NCBI GenBank assembly: GCA_963662335.2
Contig: CAXXVD010000005.1
Span: 288,001-352,000 of the forward strand
Length of the DNA: 64,000 bases
Origin: Chloroflexota bacterium
GTDB taxonomy: Bacteria > Chloroflexota > UBA11872 > VXOZ01
Reading direction: 5' to 3'
In this document: positions 9,378 to 18,513 of the stretch, one piece after another
How the letters are laid out: each line of letters starts with the position of its first letter
Position numbering within the stretch: position 1 is the stretch's first letter
The notes under the pieces: model-generated
Told to the model about the DNA's origin: nothing
The model's database searches: none
Seen by the model: only the letters and a program-made list of their open reading frames with translations
Program-made: the position numbers and the translations under genes

Positions 9378-10550
9378 ATGGCCTATGACCTGATTCTACG
9401 CAACGGCGACATCATCGATCCCGGCGAGAGTCAACGCTTTACCGGCGACGTCGGCATTGCCGGCGGCAAGATTGCCGCCATAACCGCGGGCACGCTCGCG
9501 GGCAGCGGCGCGCGGGAGCTAGACGTTGCCGGTCACATCGTCACGCCCGGTTTGGTAGACCTGCACGGGCACTGCTACTGGGGCGTGGGCGGCGTCGGCC
9601 TCGACCCGGACCTGGTCGGCGCGCGCCACGGCGTCACCACCTGGATCGACCCCGGCAGCAGCGGCGCGGCCACCTTCCCGGCGTTCAAGCGCTTCATCAT
9701 CGAGCAAGCGCAGGTGCGCGTCATCCCCTTGCTCAACTTGAGCGCCAAGGGTTTGGTGCACTCCCTGGCGGTTGGCGAACTCAATGACATTCGCTACATC
9801 GATTCCGATCTCACCGCCGCCACGCTGGAAATGCATCGCGGCCTCATTGCCGGCATCAAAGTCCGTTCCGGCCGTTCCAGCACCGGGCAGATGGGCATGA
9901 CGCCGCTGTGGATCGGGCGTGAAGTCTGCGACCAGTTCTCGATCCCGCTCATGGTGCACATCTCAAACGTGGCGCCAACCTTGCAGGAATTGCTGCCCAT
10001 GCTGCGAAAAGGCGACATCGTGACCCACTGCTTCCACGGCAAGATGGGCGGTGTGCTGATGCGCGGCCGGGTGCGCGACGAGGCCTGGGCGGCGCGCGAA
10101 CGCGGCGTGCTCTTCGACATCGGCCACGGCAACAGCAGTTTCTCGTTCCCGGTCACCGCCGCCGCCATCGAGCAGGGCTTTCCGCCGGACTCCATCAGCA
10201 CCGACTTGCACCAGGTCAGCATCCGCAGCACGGCCAAGAGCTTTCCCCACGTCATGTCAAAGTTTCTTGCCCTGGGCATGGACCTCGAAACCGTCGTGCG
10301 CCGCAGCACGCTCACGCCCGCGCAGGCAATGGGGCGCGCGGACGTATGCGGCCAATTGCGGGTCGGCGCGCCGGCGGACATCGCGGTCTTCCGCCTCGAC
10401 ACCGGCCGCTTTACGTTCGTCGATCCACAAGGCGTGGAGCGTGAGGGCACATGTCAATTGGAGAACACCCTCACCATTGCGAACGGCGCGGTGCTCGACC
10501 GGAGCCGGGACCCGCTGGCGGACAAGCCGTTTCCCATGAATACCATCTAG
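9378..10550 (+). CDS. Amidohydrolase/deacetylase-family metallohydrolase (dihydroorotase-like)
   Basis: PGLVDLHGH, GVTTWIDPGSSG, LMVHI, THCFHG, FDIGHG, ISTDLH. Confidence 0.88.
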   Translation: MAYDLILRNGDIIDPGESQRFTGDVGIAGGKIAAITAGTLAGSGARELDVAGHIVTPGLVDLHGHCYWGVGGVGLDPDLVGARHGVTTWIDPGSSGAATFPAFKRFIIEQAQVRVIPLLNLSAKGLVHSLAVGELNDIRYIDSDLTAATLEMHRGLIAGIKVRSGRSSTGQMGMTPLWIGREVCDQFSIPLMVHISNVAPTLQELLPMLRKGDIVTHCFHGKMGGVLMRGRVRDEAWAARERGVLFDIGHGNSSFSFPVTAAAIEQGFPPDSISTDLHQVSIRSTAKSFPHVMSKFLALGMDLETVVRRSTLTPAQAMGRADVCGQLRVGAPADIAVFRLDTGRFTFVDPQGVEREGTCQLENTLTIANGAVLDRSRDPLADKPFPMNTI

Positions 10551-10615
10551 CGGGTAGGCCACGGCGTCAGCGGCGTGAGGGCGCGTTGCCCCGCATGCGC
10601 TGAGCAGAGAGTGCC

Positions 10616-12190
10616 ATGAGAGTAAAGTTTCTCCACGCCGCCGACATACACCTCGGCTACCAGCAATACGGCCTGGAACAACGCTACGACGACTTCACCG
10701 AGGCGTTCCGGTGGGTCGTCGATACCGCGCTGGAGGAGCGCGTTGACTTTCTCGTGCTGGCCGGCGACCTCTTCGAGAAGCGCGCGCTCGACCCGCGCAC
10801 GCTGCTCATTGCCGTCAGCGAGTTCGAAAAGCTCAAGGCGGCGGGAATCCCGGTCGTCGCCATCGAGGGCAACCACGAGCGCACGTACGGCGACACCTTC
10901 TCCTGGCTGGAATACCTGAATCAGAGCAAGTTGCTCTACCTTCTCGACTGCGCCCGCGGCGCGGGCGGCTGGCTGCCCCGGCCCTGGGACGACGAAGAAC
11001 GCGCCGGCGGCTTCGTTGACCTGGCCGGCGCGCGCATCTACGGCCTGAAGTATTGCGGCGCGCAGACCGGCGCAGTGTTGAACGAGATTGGCGGCGCGCT
11101 CTCTCGTAGGGATGGGGAGCAAGAGCGGGCGCCCTCTGGTGCCGCGGCTGCGCCAAGGGCAGACCCTCACCCCGGCCCTCTCCCAAAGGGAGAGGAAGCG
11201 GAAGCGAAGCCGCAGACTATTATGGATCCGACTGCGATTGAGCCGCAGGCTGCGATGGAGGCACAGACTCTGATGGAGCCGCAGGCTGAGATGGAGCCGG
11301 AGTTTTCCATCTTCCTCTGCCACACCTCCGTGGAGGGGTACTTCGACCAGGGACACCCGTTCGTCGAACTCAACGAACTAAGCAAACTGCGAAAGCACGT
11401 AGACTATCTCGCTCTCGGCCACGTCCACGCCCCCTATCGCGGCGCGCTCGGCGACGGCGACTGGCTCTTCAATCCCGGCTGCCCGGAGACGTGGAGTAGC
11501 GAAGAGGGGCAGCATCGAGACAAAGGCGCCAATCTGGTGAACGTAGACACCGCCCGGACGCCGGCGTTCACAGCCGCGGCGCTGGACTATCCCCACCGCC
11601 GCCCGTTCATCCGCATCCGCCAGGAAATGGACGCCTGCCCCTCGCCGGAGAGGCTGCTGGATCTGCTGGCGGACAAAGTGGACCGCGAGCCTCTGCCAGG
11701 CGCGGCTGCCGCGCCGCCGCGAGTCATTGGAGGGCCGGACGCGGAGCCCGACGCCGCCAACCGCTTTGCCAAAGCCCCCATCGTCGAAGTGCTGCTCACC
11801 GGCATCGCCCGCTTCTCCCGCACTGAAATAGACGCGGATGCGATCGAGCAATTGGCGCGGCAGCGCTTCGCGCCGCTGGCGGTCCGCATCCGCTCGTCGC
11901 TCCAAGAAGCGCCCGCGGACCTCATCGACGGCGGCGAGTCGCTCAGCCGCCCCGTGCTGGAACGCATGGTCTTCGAGAATCTCATCCGGGCCGACGATCG
12001 CTTTGCGCCGGAGGCAGCGGAATTTGCCCAGGTCGCTACCTTTCTGAAGCAGATGGCGCTCGACGGCGCTGCCGCCAGCGAGATTGCGGAGGAAACGCGC
12101 AATCGCCTGCGCGCGCAGCGGCAAGCGGCGCGTGACGATGCCGTTCCCGCAAATCCGGCCCTTGCGGATGACTCCATGCCACCGGATTAA
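10616..12190 (+). CDS. sbcD: Mre11/SbcD DNA repair nuclease
   Basis: LHAADIHLG, LAGDLF, IEGNHE, ALGHVH, FNPGCPE phosphoesterase motifs; contains a ~65-aa repeat-derived insertion. Confidence 0.93.
   Translation: MRVKFLHAADIHLGYQQYGLEQRYDDFTEAFRWVVDTALEERVDFLVLAGDLFEKRALDPRTLLIAVSEFEKLKAAGIPVVAIEGNHERTYGDTFSWLEYLNQSKLLYLLDCARGAGGWLPRPWDDEERAGGFVDLAGARIYGLKYCGAQTGAVLNEIGGALSRRDGEQERAPSGAAAAPRADPHPGPLPKGEEAEAKPQTIMDPTAIEPQAAMEAQTLMEPQAEMEPEFSIFLCHTSVEGYFDQGHPFVELNELSKLRKHVDYLALGHVHAPYRGALGDGDWLFNPGCPETWSSEEGQHRDKGANLVNVDTARTPAFTAAALDYPHRRPFIRIRQEMDACPSPERLLDLLADKVDREPLPGAAAAPPRVIGGPDAEPDAANRFAKAPIVEVLLTGIARFSRTEIDADAIEQLARQRFAPLAVRIRSSLQEAPADLIDGGESLSRPVLERMVFENLIRADDRFAPEAAEFAQVATFLKQMALDGAAASEIAEETRNRLRAQRQAARDDAVPANPALADDSMPPD
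11164..11195. repeat. Family D REP-like palindrome lying in-frame inside mre11
   Basis: CCCTCACCCCGGCCCTCTCCCAAAGGGAGAGG; hairpin CCTCTCCC-AAA-GGGAGAGG; first 21 nt match intergenic copies at 33193-33213 (reverse, 19/21) and 35138-35158 (18/21). Confidence 0.8.
11204..11302 (+). repeat. Degenerate 18-bp tandem repeat in mre11 (MEPQAE-like hexapeptides)
   Basis: About 5.5 units such as ATGGAGCCGCAGGCTGAG and ATTGAGCCGCAGGCTGCG. Confidence 0.8.
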
Positions 12191-12196
12191 CGCCTC

Positions 12197-15112
12197 ATGC
12201 GCATCACTGCCGTAAGTCTCAAGAACGTCAAGAGTTACGAGGAAGCCACAATCCGCTTCCCGCTGGGCACTATTGCCATTACCGGTCCAAACGGGGCCGG
12301 CAAGAGCACAATCCTCGAGGCCATCGGCTTCGCGCTCTTCGACTACCTGCCGTACCGCAACCAGCGGGAGTTCATGCGCCACAACGCCACCGAAACAGAC
12401 GTGCGCGTGACCTTTCTCTCCCGCCTGGACGAGTGCGAATACCAGGCCGTGCGCACCTTGAGACGCGCCACCGGCAGCGCCGACACGGTTACGTCGTCCT
12501 ACTACGTGTACAGCTTCGATACCCAGCAGCGTGTGGCGCAGCAGAAGCAGGACGTGCACGCTTTCCTGCGGCGGCACATCGGCCTGGACGACTACGACGA
12601 TCTCGGGCGCGTCTTTGCCGACGTGCTGGGTGTGCCGCAGGGACGCTTGACGGCGGACTTCCTGCTCACGCCCCGCCAGCGCAAACAGACCTTTGATCCC
12701 TTGCTGCGGGTTGACGTCTATCGCCGCGTCTATGAAGCGCTGCGCGATGTCTTGGACGCGCTGCAAGGGAAGGTCTCTGAGCACGAACGGCGCGTCTCCG
12801 GTCTGGAGCCCGAGGCGGCGCGCCTGCCGGGCGCGCGGGCGGCGTTGGCCCAATACGAAGCGGAGCACGCCACGTCCACGGCGGCGGCGCGCGCCTTGGC
12901 CACGGAGCTAACCCGCTTGCAAGACGAACAACAGCGCCTGGAATCGCAGCGCCGCACGCTGGAACAACAGCGTGCTCTCGTCCGCCAACAGGCGCAGCAA
13001 CGGCAAAACCTGCAAGAACGCTTGCAGGCGGAGCGGGCGCAGGTTGCCGCGGCCATGCAGGCCGAGGCCCAGGTAGAGAGCGCCGCCGCGGGCCACCAGG
13101 CGCACCAGAGGGCGCAAGAGGCCCTGGCGGCACTCGAGGTTGAGCGCAACGCGGCCCGGCAACTCCGCGACGAGCAGCACGCCGCGGAGACCGCGTTGGC
13201 CGCCCTGCGCACGCGGGAGGCGGCGCTGGAAATGAGCGTGGCGGAAGCGGAAGCGGCCCGCGCGCAGCGGGTGGCGCTCGCGCCCCGGGTCGCGCGGCAG
13301 GAACGGCTGGAAGCGCACGCACAGGAGTTCCACCAGGACCTGGCCTACGCCCGGCAAGCGGGGCGGTTGGTTGCCGACATGCTGCGGCAGGTTGCCGAAG
13401 CGGGGCGCAATGGCGCACCCGGGCAGGCGGAAGTAGACCTGCCGGCGGCGCCGAGCGAGGCCGCCGCCTTTGTGTGCGCACAACTTGATGCGCAGCGCGA
13501 GCGCTTGCAGCCGGTCGGCGTGTGGCTGGAACAACGCGCCGACTTGCGCGATCGTTTCAGCAAGACGCAACCGGCGCGCAACCGGACGGCTGATGACGTG
13601 GCCCATTGCAAGTCATTCGCCGAAACTGCCTCCCAGCTAGCCGGCCTCGAGGCGCAGGCGCAGGAATTCCGCAACCGCGTCAGCACCTACGAAGCTGAGC
13701 GGCGCTTTAGCCGGTCGTCGCGGGACATGGCCGCCGGCGGCCTGTGCCCGTTCTTCAAGGACGATTGTCCCAAGGTGGAGGATGGCAACAGCCTCACTGC
13801 AATCCTCGAGGGCCTCATCCACGACTACACGAAACAGGCCGAACAAGCGCGCGCGGAGAGAAAGCGGTTGGAACAAGCGGTCGCCCAGGCGCGCGCGGCT
13901 CAGAAGCAGGTAGACCGCCTCGCCGACTTGAGACCGCGCCTGCGGCAGTTGGAAACGGAATTGCAGGCGATCGAGCGGCAAGGGGAACGGTATGCCGAGC
14001 GGATAGACGAGCGCGTGAGCGGCGTCTGGTCGGCGGCAGCGATCACCGAGACTCTGGCGCAACTCGCGGCGGCGGAAGAGCGGTTGCAGCAGGAATTGCG
14101 CGAACTGGGCAACCCGCGGCAAGAGTCGGATCGCATGTTCGGCCCCGCGCGCGAGTACGAACAGCGCGCACAGGCGCTCGCCAAGTTGCGGCGCGAGCGC
14201 GCGGCGAGCGAAGCGAAAGTGGAATCTCTTGCCGCCCGCCTCGCACCGTACGCCGACCTGGAGCAGCGCGTGGCGGCGCAGCGGCAGGCGGCTAAAGCGA
14301 GTCGTCATGACTACCAGACCTATTTGCGCTACCAGGAGACCGCCGCCGACCTGCCGCGCCGTCAGGAAGTCGTGGCGGCGCTAACGAAAGACGTCACAGA
14401 GAGCGCACAAGCGCACGTGGAGTCCCAACGGCTGCTCGCGGAGTGCGAAGCCGCCTGGGAGCCGGCCGCACTAGCCGACGCGAACGCAAACGTGAGCCGG
14501 ACTCAAGGCCAGTTGGGCGCGGCGCACGAGCGCTCCCGCCATCTCAGCGAACAGATTGCGCAGGCCAAGCAAGAAATCGCCGCACTGGAAGCGGCGGCGC
14601 GGACGTTGGCGGAAGCGCAGCAGGCATTGACCGAGGCGCGGGAGGCGCACGCGGTGACCGGCTTTCTGCGCACCGTCATCCGCGACGCCGGGCCGCAGGT
14701 CGCGCGCTACCTCATCCAGCAAGTTTCCGCCGAGGCCAACACCCTCTTCAGCGAGATCATGGGCGACGCCAGCGCCGAACTCGCGCTCACGGAGGACTAC
14801 GACATTCTCCTGGAGCAGCACGGCCACCGGCGAGGATTCATGCAACTGTCCGGCGGCGAGCAGATGAGCGCGGCGTTGGCCGTGCGTCTCGGCCTGCTGC
14901 GCCAGATCTCCGATCTGGACATCGCCTTCTTCGATGAACCCACCCAGAATATGGATAGCGAACGCCGCCACAACCTGGCCGAGCAATTGCAGCGCGTGAA
15001 AGGCTTCCGGCAACTCTTCGTCATTAGCCACGACGATACGTTCGAGCCGATGGTCGCCAGGGTGCTGCGCGTGCGCAAGGAGAACGGCGTGAGCACGGTA
15101 GAAGCGGTATAG
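12197..15112 (+). CDS. sbcC: Rad50/SbcC SMC-like ATPase
   Basis: Walker A GPNGAGKST, Q-loop VPQG, long coiled coil, signature LSGGEQ, Walker B/D-loop FFDEPTQNMD, H-loop ISHD. Confidence 0.94.
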   Translation: MRITAVSLKNVKSYEEATIRFPLGTIAITGPNGAGKSTILEAIGFALFDYLPYRNQREFMRHNATETDVRVTFLSRLDECEYQAVRTLRRATGSADTVTSSYYVYSFDTQQRVAQQKQDVHAFLRRHIGLDDYDDLGRVFADVLGVPQGRLTADFLLTPRQRKQTFDPLLRVDVYRRVYEALRDVLDALQGKVSEHERRVSGLEPEAARLPGARAALAQYEAEHATSTAAARALATELTRLQDEQQRLESQRRTLEQQRALVRQQAQQRQNLQERLQAERAQVAAAMQAEAQVESAAAGHQAHQRAQEALAALEVERNAARQLRDEQHAAETALAALRTREAALEMSVAEAEAARAQRVALAPRVARQERLEAHAQEFHQDLAYARQAGRLVADMLRQVAEAGRNGAPGQAEVDLPAAPSEAAAFVCAQLDAQRERLQPVGVWLEQRADLRDRFSKTQPARNRTADDVAHCKSFAETASQLAGLEAQAQEFRNRVSTYEAERRFSRSSRDMAAGGLCPFFKDDCPKVEDGNSLTAILEGLIHDYTKQAEQARAERKRLEQAVAQARAAQKQVDRLADLRPRLRQLETELQAIERQGERYAERIDERVSGVWSAAAITETLAQLAAAEERLQQELRELGNPRQESDRMFGPAREYEQRAQALAKLRRERAASEAKVESLAARLAPYADLEQRVAAQRQAAKASRHDYQTYLRYQETAADLPRRQEVVAALTKDVTESAQAHVESQRLLAECEAAWEPAALADANANVSRTQGQLGAAHERSRHLSEQIAQAKQEIAALEAAARTLAEAQQALTEAREAHAVTGFLRTVIRDAGPQVARYLIQQVSAEANTLFSEIMGDASAELALTEDYDILLEQHGHRRGFMQLSGGEQMSAALAVRLGLLRQISDLDIAFFDEPTQNMDSERRHNLAEQLQRVKGFRQLFVISHDDTFEPMVARVLRVRKENGVSTVEAV

Positions 15113-15126
15113 GCGCAAATGAGTGT

Positions 15127-15386
15127 GTCATTCCTGTAAATGTCAGGTAATTCGTTGACAGATTCCGCCTTCCGCGAGGCAACGGTGGTAGCCGCTGTCA
15201 TTCCGAGCGCAGCGAGGAATCTAGGGCCGTCACGCAACAAGCCGCTCGCCTTATAGCACCCTAGATTCCTCACTGCGCTGCGCTTCGTTCGGAATGACAG
15301 GAAAGACAGCTTTGCGTTGCACCCGGGTCACTCACTTTATCCAGCAATTCTGTCAACGAATTAGTCAACATTTACCGGGAAATGAC
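15127..15386. mobile_element. MITE-like element with ~36-bp imperfect terminal inverted repeats enclosing a family A REP doublet (15196-15299)
   Basis: Left GTCATTCCTGTAAATGTCAGGTAATTCGTTGACAGA; right (revcomp) GTCATTTCCCGGTAAATGTTGACTAATTCGTTGACAGA; related end at 63347-63376. Confidence 0.65.
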
Positions 15387-15469
15387 GGTCAGAAAACTCG
15401 CTGTCGTCTTCATTCCCTTGTGTGGCCGCCGCACGGTCACAGTGATTGCCATGTAATGTGGAGAAAGAC

Positions 15470-16681
15470 GTGTTCTATCGGGACAAAGTAATCGCCGCCC
15501 TTGAAGCGAAACGCCTCGACCTCATGCGGATCGACGACGCGCAACTCGATCACCTCCAGCAACTGCAGGCGGCGCGGGATAGTCTGGCAACCATGACGGC
15601 CGCCGAAGTGTGCGACAGGCTAAGCGCGGTCGCGGCGCCGGACGCCCTCCCGACACCGGAATTCGACCGCGCGCCCAGCCTGCGGCTTGCGCTCGACGAA
15701 CCCTGGGACGACAACCTGGCCGCGATGCGCCACTGGGCCGCGGCGACTCTCAACCGGATTGCGGTATGCGCCGTGGACGGCAGCCAGTTGCCGGCCACCA
15801 AAGAATCTCCCCTGCCCCTTGCCGCCGTGCAAGTGGCGTGGTACGTGAATCCGCATACGGGCAACGGTGAATTCGTCAAGGAAGCCGACGTTGAAATCCT
15901 GACACCCGATGCTCTCGGCAGCGGCGAGGGCGAGACTGAAGCCGACGGCCAGGTGAACCTGCTCCGCCACGAGCGGGAAGTGGCCAAAGTCGTCGACTTC
16001 ATGCGAGAGCAGGCGGACGGCCAAGAGCGCGCGCTCGTCTTCTTCGACGGCTCGCTCGCCGTCTCCTACGCCGCCGGCCGGCGCCCGGAAGTGCGCGACC
16101 GCTACCGCGCCGCCGCCGTGCGCATGTTGCGTACTTCAGAGGAGTGCGAAGTGCCGCTTATCGCGTATATTGACAATTCCCGCGCCCGCGATTTCGCGCG
16201 AATGCTCTGCTACTTGCAGAACCTCGACCCGGCTACCCACGCTCTGATTAGCGATGCCGCGCTCCTCGATGAACCGCTCCCCGCGCCGTGGCGGGGCTGG
16301 CGCTCACCCGCTTTCTTGTGCCAGAGAGAGGACGTGGTGGAAGCAGGCAACTACACGGACTCCGAGACCGGCAAGAGCTACAGCCAGGAGATTTGCTTCA
16401 CGTACCTCAAGACGAGCAGCCGGCGGCCGGCGCGGCTGGAGTTTCCGGCCTGGCTGCTGCGCGCCGGTGTGCTCGACCGCGTGGTAGACTGGGTACGCGC
16501 CGAGTCGATTGTGGGCGGCGGCTACCCGTACGCCATTCAGGCGGCGGACGCCGCGGCGGTTATTTCGTTCCAAGACCGGCAGCGCTACTTGCGCGCCCTG
16601 GACGAGTTTGGGCGGCGCCACGGCATTCGCACCCTGGAAGCGTCCGCCAAGCAGGCCAGCAAAGAACGGCGGCGGGCTTAA
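15470..16681 (+). CDS. nurA: NurA 5'-3' nuclease
   Basis: CAVDGSQ, FFDGSL, ARLEFPAW, GYPYAIQAADAAAV motifs; GGAG RBS before GTG 15470. Confidence 0.88.
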   Translation: MFYRDKVIAALEAKRLDLMRIDDAQLDHLQQLQAARDSLATMTAAEVCDRLSAVAAPDALPTPEFDRAPSLRLALDEPWDDNLAAMRHWAAATLNRIAVCAVDGSQLPATKESPLPLAAVQVAWYVNPHTGNGEFVKEADVEILTPDALGSGEGETEADGQVNLLRHEREVAKVVDFMREQADGQERALVFFDGSLAVSYAAGRRPEVRDRYRAAAVRMLRTSEECEVPLIAYIDNSRARDFARMLCYLQNLDPATHALISDAALLDEPLPAPWRGWRSPAFLCQREDVVEAGNYTDSETGKSYSQEICFTYLKTSSRRPARLEFPAWLLRAGVLDRVVDWVRAESIVGGGYPYAIQAADAAAVISFQDRQRYLRALDEFGRRHGIRTLEASAKQASKERRRA

Positions 16682-16693
16682 GAGGCGGGAACT

Positions 16694-17446
16694 ATGGCGG
16701 ACACGGTCATCGGGCGCATCGTCAAGTCCAACTCCCACACGGATTACGTCTGCCAGGTCTTTGCTCCCCACGAGCGGGAGTACGATCCAAAGCCTGAGGA
16801 TTACGCCTTTGGCCGTTTCGTGGCAGCGCCAATCGACGCCGCCGCGCGTTCATCCTTCGACAGGCTCAGGACGAACGGCGGCGAAGGCAGTGACGTAAGC
16901 GATGGCGGGTCTTCCGCCACGCCCAGGACGAATGGCGGCGCGGACGGTGATGTGAGTGACAGTGGGTCACTCGCCGGTCCTGAGACGAGCGGCGGCGAGC
17001 GCACTGCCGTCGGCATCGTCTATGACACCATCCTCCTGAATCCGGAGTACGGCAGCCTCGGCCCCCGCTTGAATCCGCCGGGCGACCAGGCCATGCTTGC
17101 GCCGGATTACCTGGTGGAAAAGGCCACCGCCGTTGGCATCCTCATCGTCGGGTTGCGAGAGGGCGGCGCCACCAGGCACGGCGTGGTTCCGTATTCGCTG
17201 TCCGTAGACGCCGAGGTTGCGAGCATGGACGACGACGAGACGCGGCGCTTCCACCAGGTGGACGGGCAACTGTCGCTCGGCTATTTGCCGCAGCTCATTT
17301 CCCACCAAAGCCCGCTCGTCACCGAACTCGGCCTCAGCGTAATTCGGCATCTTCTCACGCTCTTCGACGAGCCCGGCGACCGGCGCCTGCTCCACACGCT
17401 GGCCGCCCATCTCTCGTGGCAAGCGCGCGTCGCGCCCCTGGGCTAG
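16694..17446 (+). CDS. Stand-alone HAS-barrel-like protein associated with NurA/HerA
   Basis: IGRIVKSNSHTDYVCQV, YAFGRFV, AVGIVYDTILLNPEYG beta-barrel pattern; directly follows nurA; contains a repeat-derived insertion. Confidence 0.65.
   Translation: MADTVIGRIVKSNSHTDYVCQVFAPHEREYDPKPEDYAFGRFVAAPIDAAARSSFDRLRTNGGEGSDVSDGGSSATPRTNGGADGDVSDSGSLAGPETSGGERTAVGIVYDTILLNPEYGSLGPRLNPPGDQAMLAPDYLVEKATAVGILIVGLREGGATRHGVVPYSLSVDAEVASMDDDETRRFHQVDGQLSLGYLPQLISHQSPLVTELGLSVIRHLLTLFDEPGDRRLLHTLAAHLSWQARVAPLG
16847..16878. repeat. Family E REP-like element lying in-frame inside the HAS-barrel gene
   Basis: CGTTCATCCTTCGACAGGCTCAGGACGAACGG; 30/32 identical to the reverse complement of intergenic 53245-53276. 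Confidence 0.85.
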
Positions 17447-17483
17447 CCGTTCGGCTCCCTCTCAACGCCATGCAACAATCTTG

Positions 17484-17534
17484 GTAGCGCAGGTTTGCAA
17501 CCTGCGTCTTAGTAGCCCAGGTTTGCAACCTGCG
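17484..17534. repeat. GTAG-type REP, two direct copies
   Basis: GTAGCGCAGGTTTGCAACCTGCG and GTAGCCCAGGTTTGCAACCTGCG: GTAG tetranucleotide followed by a hairpin. Confidence 0.75.
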
Positions 17535-17679
17535 TCCGCGCCGCGCAATCGGCTGCCAGCGCCTGTACCACTCAAACCATCAAGCAAGGAGCGCCTCACC
17601 GTCCGTTAGCCTCGCGAGTGCTCTGGTACACTAGGGAGTACGCAAATCCCTAGCTCGGAGAAGATGAGGTACACGGCGC

Positions 17680-18453
17680 ATGCGCGAAAACCCGGTAAAG
17701 CAACTCCTCGCAGCGGGCAAGCCCGCCGTCGGCGCGTGGCTTACCCTTGGCGATCCCCTGGCTACCGAGACCCTGGCGCACATGGGGTTCGACTGGCTCA
17801 ACGTGGACATGGAGCACGGCTCCATTGACGTGCGCGCGACCCGCACGCTCTTCCAGGTCATCAACACCACCGACGTCGTGCCGACGGCGCGGGTGCCCTG
17901 GAACGACCACGTGTGGATCAAGCGCGTGCTGGACGCCGGCGCGTACGGCGTAGTGGCGCCCATGGTGCGCACGCGCGAGGAAGCCGAGCGCGCCGTAGCC
18001 GCCTGCCGCTATCCGCCGGCCGGCATCCGCAGCATCGGCAGCGGGCGCAACCACTATGCGTTTCGCGGTTCCCAGGCCGACTATCTCGCCCGCGCCAACG
18101 ATCAACTGCTGGTCGTCATCCAGATCGAACACGCCGACGCCATCCGGCGGCTGGACGACATCCTGAGCGTGCCCGGCATCGACGCCGCCTTCATCGGCCC
18201 CAACGACCTCTGCGCCTCGCTGGGCATCCCGCCCAGCACGGACAGCGACCATCCCGATTTCGAGGCCGCCGTTGCCCAGGTCGCGGCCGTGTCTCAGAAG
18301 TACGGTGTAGCGCCGGGCATCCACACGAGTTCGGGCCGGGCGCTGAACAAGCGGTTGGAACAGGGCTTTCGCTACCTGGGCCTCGCCAACGACCAGCGCT
18401 TTCTCATCGCCGGCGCAAGCGAGGAACTGTCCGTCATCCGGCGCGAGCCGTAG
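17680..18453 (+). CDS. HpcH/HpaI aldolase family protein
   Basis: GFDWLNVDMEHG, KRVLDAGA, RYPPAGIRS, QIE, FIGPNDL. Confidence 0.92.
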   Translation: MRENPVKQLLAAGKPAVGAWLTLGDPLATETLAHMGFDWLNVDMEHGSIDVRATRTLFQVINTTDVVPTARVPWNDHVWIKRVLDAGAYGVVAPMVRTREEAERAVAACRYPPAGIRSIGSGRNHYAFRGSQADYLARANDQLLVVIQIEHADAIRRLDDILSVPGIDAAFIGPNDLCASLGIPPSTDSDHPDFEAAVAQVAAVSQKYGVAPGIHTSSGRALNKRLEQGFRYLGLANDQRFLIAGASEELSVIRREP

Positions 18454-18513
18454 TCCCCAATCCAAAGGCCGCCCTACCGGCGCGGCGCCGGGCGCAACCG
18501 GGAGCGCACACCG

